Shown here piece by piece: positions 43,666 to 46,977 of a DNA stretch of 46,977 bases. Location: positions 1 through 46,977 of the forward strand of contig CAYWCO010000001.1 of assembly GCA_964456815.1 (NCBI GenBank), read 5' to 3'. Numbering within the stretch: position 1 is the stretch's first letter; every line of letters starts with the position of its first letter. Below the pieces are notes generated by a model, which saw nothing but the letters and a program-made list of their open reading frames with translations, was not told where the DNA came from and did no database searches. Source of the DNA: an uncultured Dehalococcoidales bacterium. GTDB taxonomy: Bacteria; Chloroflexota; Dehalococcoidia; Dehalococcoidales; BS750m-G39. The position numbers were made by a program, and so were the translations under genes.

Positions 43666-45348
43666 TTGAAGCACTACCGTTGGAACCTGCTGCCGCCTGC
43701 TCCAGACAGTCATCTGGGCAGTAGTTCAGGTTTCCCCCCGTTATTGGCCCAACTCCTCTATAACCGTGGTGTCAGAGAGCCGTCCCAGCTAGAGCCATTC
43801 CTTAACGCCGATAAGCGCCTTGCCGGCGACCCCTCCCTCCTCCCCGACATGAGCCTGGCAGTAGGCAGAGTCTACCGGGCACTACTCTCCGGGGAAAACA
43901 TCGCCATCTACGGCGACTTTGACGCCGATGGCATTACCGGGACCGCCCTGCTGGTCAAAGGGCTGGCGTCCCTCGGCGGTAAGGTCATCCCCTATATACC
44001 ACACCGGCAGACCGAGGGCTACGGGCTTAGAACCGCCGCCCTGGAAAATCTCCGCAACAAGGGCATCAGCCTGGTTATCAGCGTTGACTGCGGAATTACC
44101 GCTCTGGCTGAGGTGAAGCGGGCAAAAAGGCTGGGGCTGGATATAGTTATAACCGACCACCACACCCCCCTTTCCGAAATCCCGTCCGCCGTCGCCACCG
44201 TTAATCCCAAGCGAACCGACTCAAGCTACCCATTTCTGGAGCTGACTGGCGCCGGGGTAGCCGTCAAGCTGCTTCAGGCCCTATTTGAAAGCCTCGGGAA
44301 ACAGGGGCAGGCGGATGAAATGCTGGACCTGGTTGCCCTGGGGACAGTAGCCGATATGGCACCGCTATCCGGGGAGAACCGGTACTGGGTCAAGCAGGGG
44401 TTGAAGCTGATGAATACCAACCCCCGCCTTGGAATCAGGGAGATTATAACCCAGGCCGGGCTGAGCATCGGCAGCCTTGATGCCGAGAGCATCTCATGGG
44501 TTATTGCCCCCAGGCTGAATGCCGCCGGCAGGCTGGCTCACGCCATGACCAGCTATAAACTACTGATGACGGACTCCCCGGTGGAGGCAAAGGAGCTGGC
44601 GACATGGCTGGAGAAGAAGAACGGGGAGCGCCAGAGGCTGACGAGCAAGGCTCTGAATAAGGCCAGAGCGCAGGTAGCGGCTGAGGGAATATCGCCCCTC
44701 TTGATTGCCAGCGACAGGGACTATCCGGTTGGAATCGCCGGGCTGGTAGCGGGCAGGCTAGCCGAGGAATTCTACCGCCCCTCTATCGTTGTTAGAACCG
44801 GAGAGGTGGTAAGCAGCGGAAGCTGCCGCAGCATCCCCGAGTTCAATATCATCCTCGCCCTGAACCAGTGTAGCCAATTACTATCCCAGTTCGGCGGTCA
44901 CTCACAGGCAGCCGGTTTTATCCTGCCGACCAAGAACCTGCCCCGTCTCAAGCAGCACCTCTGCGAGCTGGCAACCACTCATCTTGCCGAGGTTGACCTC
45001 CATCCGCAGCTGGATATTGATGCCGAAGCCAAATTCCCTGAACTCAGCGGTAATACCTTCAACCTCATTCAACAGCTTGCCCCATTCGGGAGAGGTAACC
45101 CGGCACCCGTCTTCCTCAGCCGAAGGGTGGAGATAGTTGACTGCCGAACTATGGGTGGTAATGGAGAACACCTGCGGCTGAAGCTGAGGCAGGGTGGCAT
45201 TATGTGGAACGGGGTCGGCTTCAGGATGGGTAGTTATCGGGCTGAGATATCTAACAACCTTGACATCGTATATAATATGGAAATAGACCGCTGGCAGGGG
45301 GAGGAGAGGCTGAGGCTTAATATCTTGGATTTCGCCCCCGCTAGGTAG
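43666..45348 (+). CDS. recJ: Single-stranded-DNA-specific exonuclease RecJ
   Basis: DHH motifs (YGDFDADGITG, SVDCG, ITDHH) and a DHHA1 GGH motif; TTG start. Confidence 0.9.
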   Translation: MKHYRWNLLPPAPDSHLGSSSGFPPLLAQLLYNRGVREPSQLEPFLNADKRLAGDPSLLPDMSLAVGRVYRALLSGENIAIYGDFDADGITGTALLVKGLASLGGKVIPYIPHRQTEGYGLRTAALENLRNKGISLVISVDCGITALAEVKRAKRLGLDIVITDHHTPLSEIPSAVATVNPKRTDSSYPFLELTGAGVAVKLLQALFESLGKQGQADEMLDLVALGTVADMAPLSGENRYWVKQGLKLMNTNPRLGIREIITQAGLSIGSLDAESISWVIAPRLNAAGRLAHAMTSYKLLMTDSPVEAKELATWLEKKNGERQRLTSKALNKARAQVAAEGISPLLIASDRDYPVGIAGLVAGRLAEEFYRPSIVVRTGEVVSSGSCRSIPEFNIILALNQCSQLLSQFGGHSQAAGFILPTKNLPRLKQHLCELATTHLAEVDLHPQLDIDAEAKFPELSGNTFNLIQQLAPFGRGNPAPVFLSRRVEIVDCRTMGGNGEHLRLKLRQGGIMWNGVGFRMGSYRAEISNNLDIVYNMEIDRWQGEERLRLNILDFAPAR

Positions 45349-46111
45349 TTTTGGCCCTCACCCACCGCGTCCTTAAAGCCAGTATAGGCACTGCGATAGC
45401 TAACACGATTATGCCTATTACCTGAGCCTGATGTAAGCCCAAGATGAAGGGTGTCCCCTCCCGCAGGAAGCTAATGCCAATCCGCCACAACGAATATAGA
45501 CTAATATAGACGAGAAATAGAGAGCCCTCGGGCTTAAGCCGCCCCCTCAAACTGAAGACGACCCCAAAAATTATAAGTAGATATATAATCTCGTAAAACG
45601 GGACGGGGTGGACGGCCACGCCGAGGGGGGCATAGCTCTCAGGGTTAGTATAGACTACAGACCAGGGTAGCCAAGCTGGTGCTTCTATGCCATAGCAGCA
45701 GCCATTTATAGTGCAGCCCACCCTCCCCACCGCCTGAGCCAGTAAAACACCCGGCGCCACCAAATCGGCAAAGTAGCCAAAGCGGAAACTGCTGAACTTA
45801 CTATAAATCCAGATACCCAGGATAGCGCCGAGAATAGCACCGTAGATGGTTAGCCCACTGCCGCTAATTATCTGACCTGGATACTGGCTGTAATAACCCC
45901 ACATATCAATAACATGTAATAGCTTTGATATTATTATTCCGGAGGGAATGGCAATCAGAGAAGCGGTGAAAATAGTATCATAGGAAAGTTTAGCCCCCCG
46001 CCTTATCTCCCACATCACCCACAGCACTACCACCACCACCGCCAGGGCAACCATAATGCCGTACCACCTAACATTCAAGAAGGCTACCGGGTCTATACTT
46101 ATGGTAATCAA
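45341..46111 (-). CDS. lgt: Prolipoprotein diacylglyceryl transferase
   Basis: Polytopic protein with WYGIMVALA near the N-terminus and GRVGCTINGCCYG in place of the usual GRxGNFxNxExxG. Confidence 0.8.
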   Translation of the reverse strand: MITISIDPVAFLNVRWYGIMVALAVVVVVLWVMWEIRRGAKLSYDTIFTASLIAIPSGIIISKLLHVIDMWGYYSQYPGQIISGSGLTIYGAILGAILGIWIYSKFSSFRFGYFADLVAPGVLLAQAVGRVGCTINGCCYGIEAPAWLPWSVVYTNPESYAPLGVAVHPVPFYEIIYLLIIFGVVFSLRGRLKPEGSLFLVYISLYSLWRIGISFLREGTPFILGLHQAQVIGIIVLAIAVPILALRTRWVRAKTT

Positions 46112-46126
46112 TACCTACCTCCAAAA

Positions 46127-46977
46127 TCAGGAAAATAGCGCCTCAACGAAGCTCTCAGCATTAAAAGCAGCCATATCCTCCAGTCCATCGCCAGTGCCGA
46201 TGAACTGGATTGGTATTTTCAGCTCATCACAGATAGCCAGCACGATGCCCCCTTTAGCCGTACCATCCAGCTTAGCCAGGAAAACGCCGGTTATCCCCAC
46301 TGCCTCAGTGAAATACCTTGCCTGGGTCAAGCCGTTCTGGCCAGTGGTGGCATCAAGCACCAGAATTACCTCATGGGGGGCGGTGGCATCAGCCTTAGCC
46401 GCCACCCGCTTAATCTTTTTCAGCTCCTCCATCAGGTTAAACTTGGTATGCAGCCTGCCGGCAGTATCAACGATTACCTCCTGGGCATTTCGGCTGCGTG
46501 CCGCCTCCAGGGCGTCAAAGACCACCGCCCCGGCATCAGCCCCAAGCTGATGGGCAATAACCTCAACACCAATCTCCGCCCCCAGCTTCTTAAGCTGGTC
46601 AATAGCTGCCACCCTGAAGGTATCAGCCGCCGCCAGTATAATCTGCCTTCCCTCTTTTTTAGCCTTATAGGCAAGCTTGGCGATAGAGGTGGTCTTACCG
46701 CTGCCGTTAACACCTACCGCCAGGATAACCCTGGGCACTGACGCCGAACCTGCCGCCGGAGCCTCAATCTTCAGCATTTTTATCATCTCCGCCTTAAGGG
46801 CATCGCGCACCGACGAGCCGTCTAGCTTCTCTCTGGCAGCCCCCTGCCTCACTTTCTCAATAAGCTTCTCCGCAGTGCTGACGCCAACATCAGCCGAGAT
46901 AAGAAGCTCCTCAAGCTCAGCCCAGACCGCCTCATCCACGGTGGTGCGGTCAAAGAGACGCGCCACCCGGCTAAACC
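46127..46977 (-). CDS. ftsY: Signal-recognition-particle receptor FtsY (5'-partial; N-terminus lies beyond the window end)
   Basis: NG domain: GVNGSGKTTSIAKLA, DTAGR, TKLDGTAKGG. The reading frame stays open to the window edge, so the track's start at 46966 is probably internal. Confidence 0.9.
   Translation of the reverse strand, partial: FSRVARLFDRTTVDEAVWAELEELLISADVGVSTAEKLIEKVRQGAAREKLDGSSVRDALKAEMIKMLKIEAPAAGSASVPRVILAVGVNGSGKTTSIAKLAYKAKKEGRQIILAAADTFRVAAIDQLKKLGAEIGVEVIAHQLGADAGAVVFDALEAARSRNAQEVIVDTAGRLHTKFNLMEELKKIKRVAAKADATAPHEVILVLDATTGQNGLTQARYFTEAVGITGVFLAKLDGTAKGGIVLAICDELKIPIQFIGTGDGLEDMAAFNAESFVEALFS

Overview
This is a gene-dense 46,977-bp chromosomal window with about 45 credible CDS and 3 tRNAs. 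I saw no rRNA, CRISPR array, IS element, integrase or phage genes. Gene content suggests an anaerobic Chloroflexota/Dehalococcoidia-like bacterium, but that is inference only. Layout, left to right: (1) A Fur-family-headed minus-strand operon (5404 down to about 580) interleaves two long-form thioredoxins, TrxB, a 2x[4Fe-4S] ferredoxin, CooC and CooT nickel chaperones, a SAM methyltransferase and an unrecognised Cys-rich small protein. (2) MarR plus a MATE exporter. (3) DUF58, a DUF4129 membrane protein and a MoxR ATPase, all translationally coupled. (4) An AMP-forming acyl-CoA ligase start/stop-coupled to iorAB, facing a livKHMGF / tungsten-type AOR / family-III CoA-transferase operon. (5) A GC-rich peptide/nickel-type ABC operon whose leader is packed with TTGCAA palindromes. 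(6) A low-GC FAD flavoprotein flanked by relics of a trxB paralogue and of the Cys-rich protein tail, then tRNA-Gly, a Zn-ADH and a membrane kinase-like protein. (7) mobB, smr, tRNA-His and tRNA-Arg. (8) An OmpR-type two-component system, a secreted helical protein and a lipoprotein-adaptor/MacB-type ABC exporter, bracketed by two similar single-TM micropeptides. (9) Housekeeping genes mtaB, fabF, recJ, lgt and ftsY. Strongest finds: five copies of a pho-box-like direct repeat (TTCTTAA-N4-TTCTTAA, 11 nt upstream of a -10) that appear to define a closed regulon around the two-component system; the unusual Fur-led thioredoxin/nickel-chaperone operon; a 15-aa peptide tail conserved at two loci with mostly third-codon-position substitutions; and four gene relics sitting at operon junctions.
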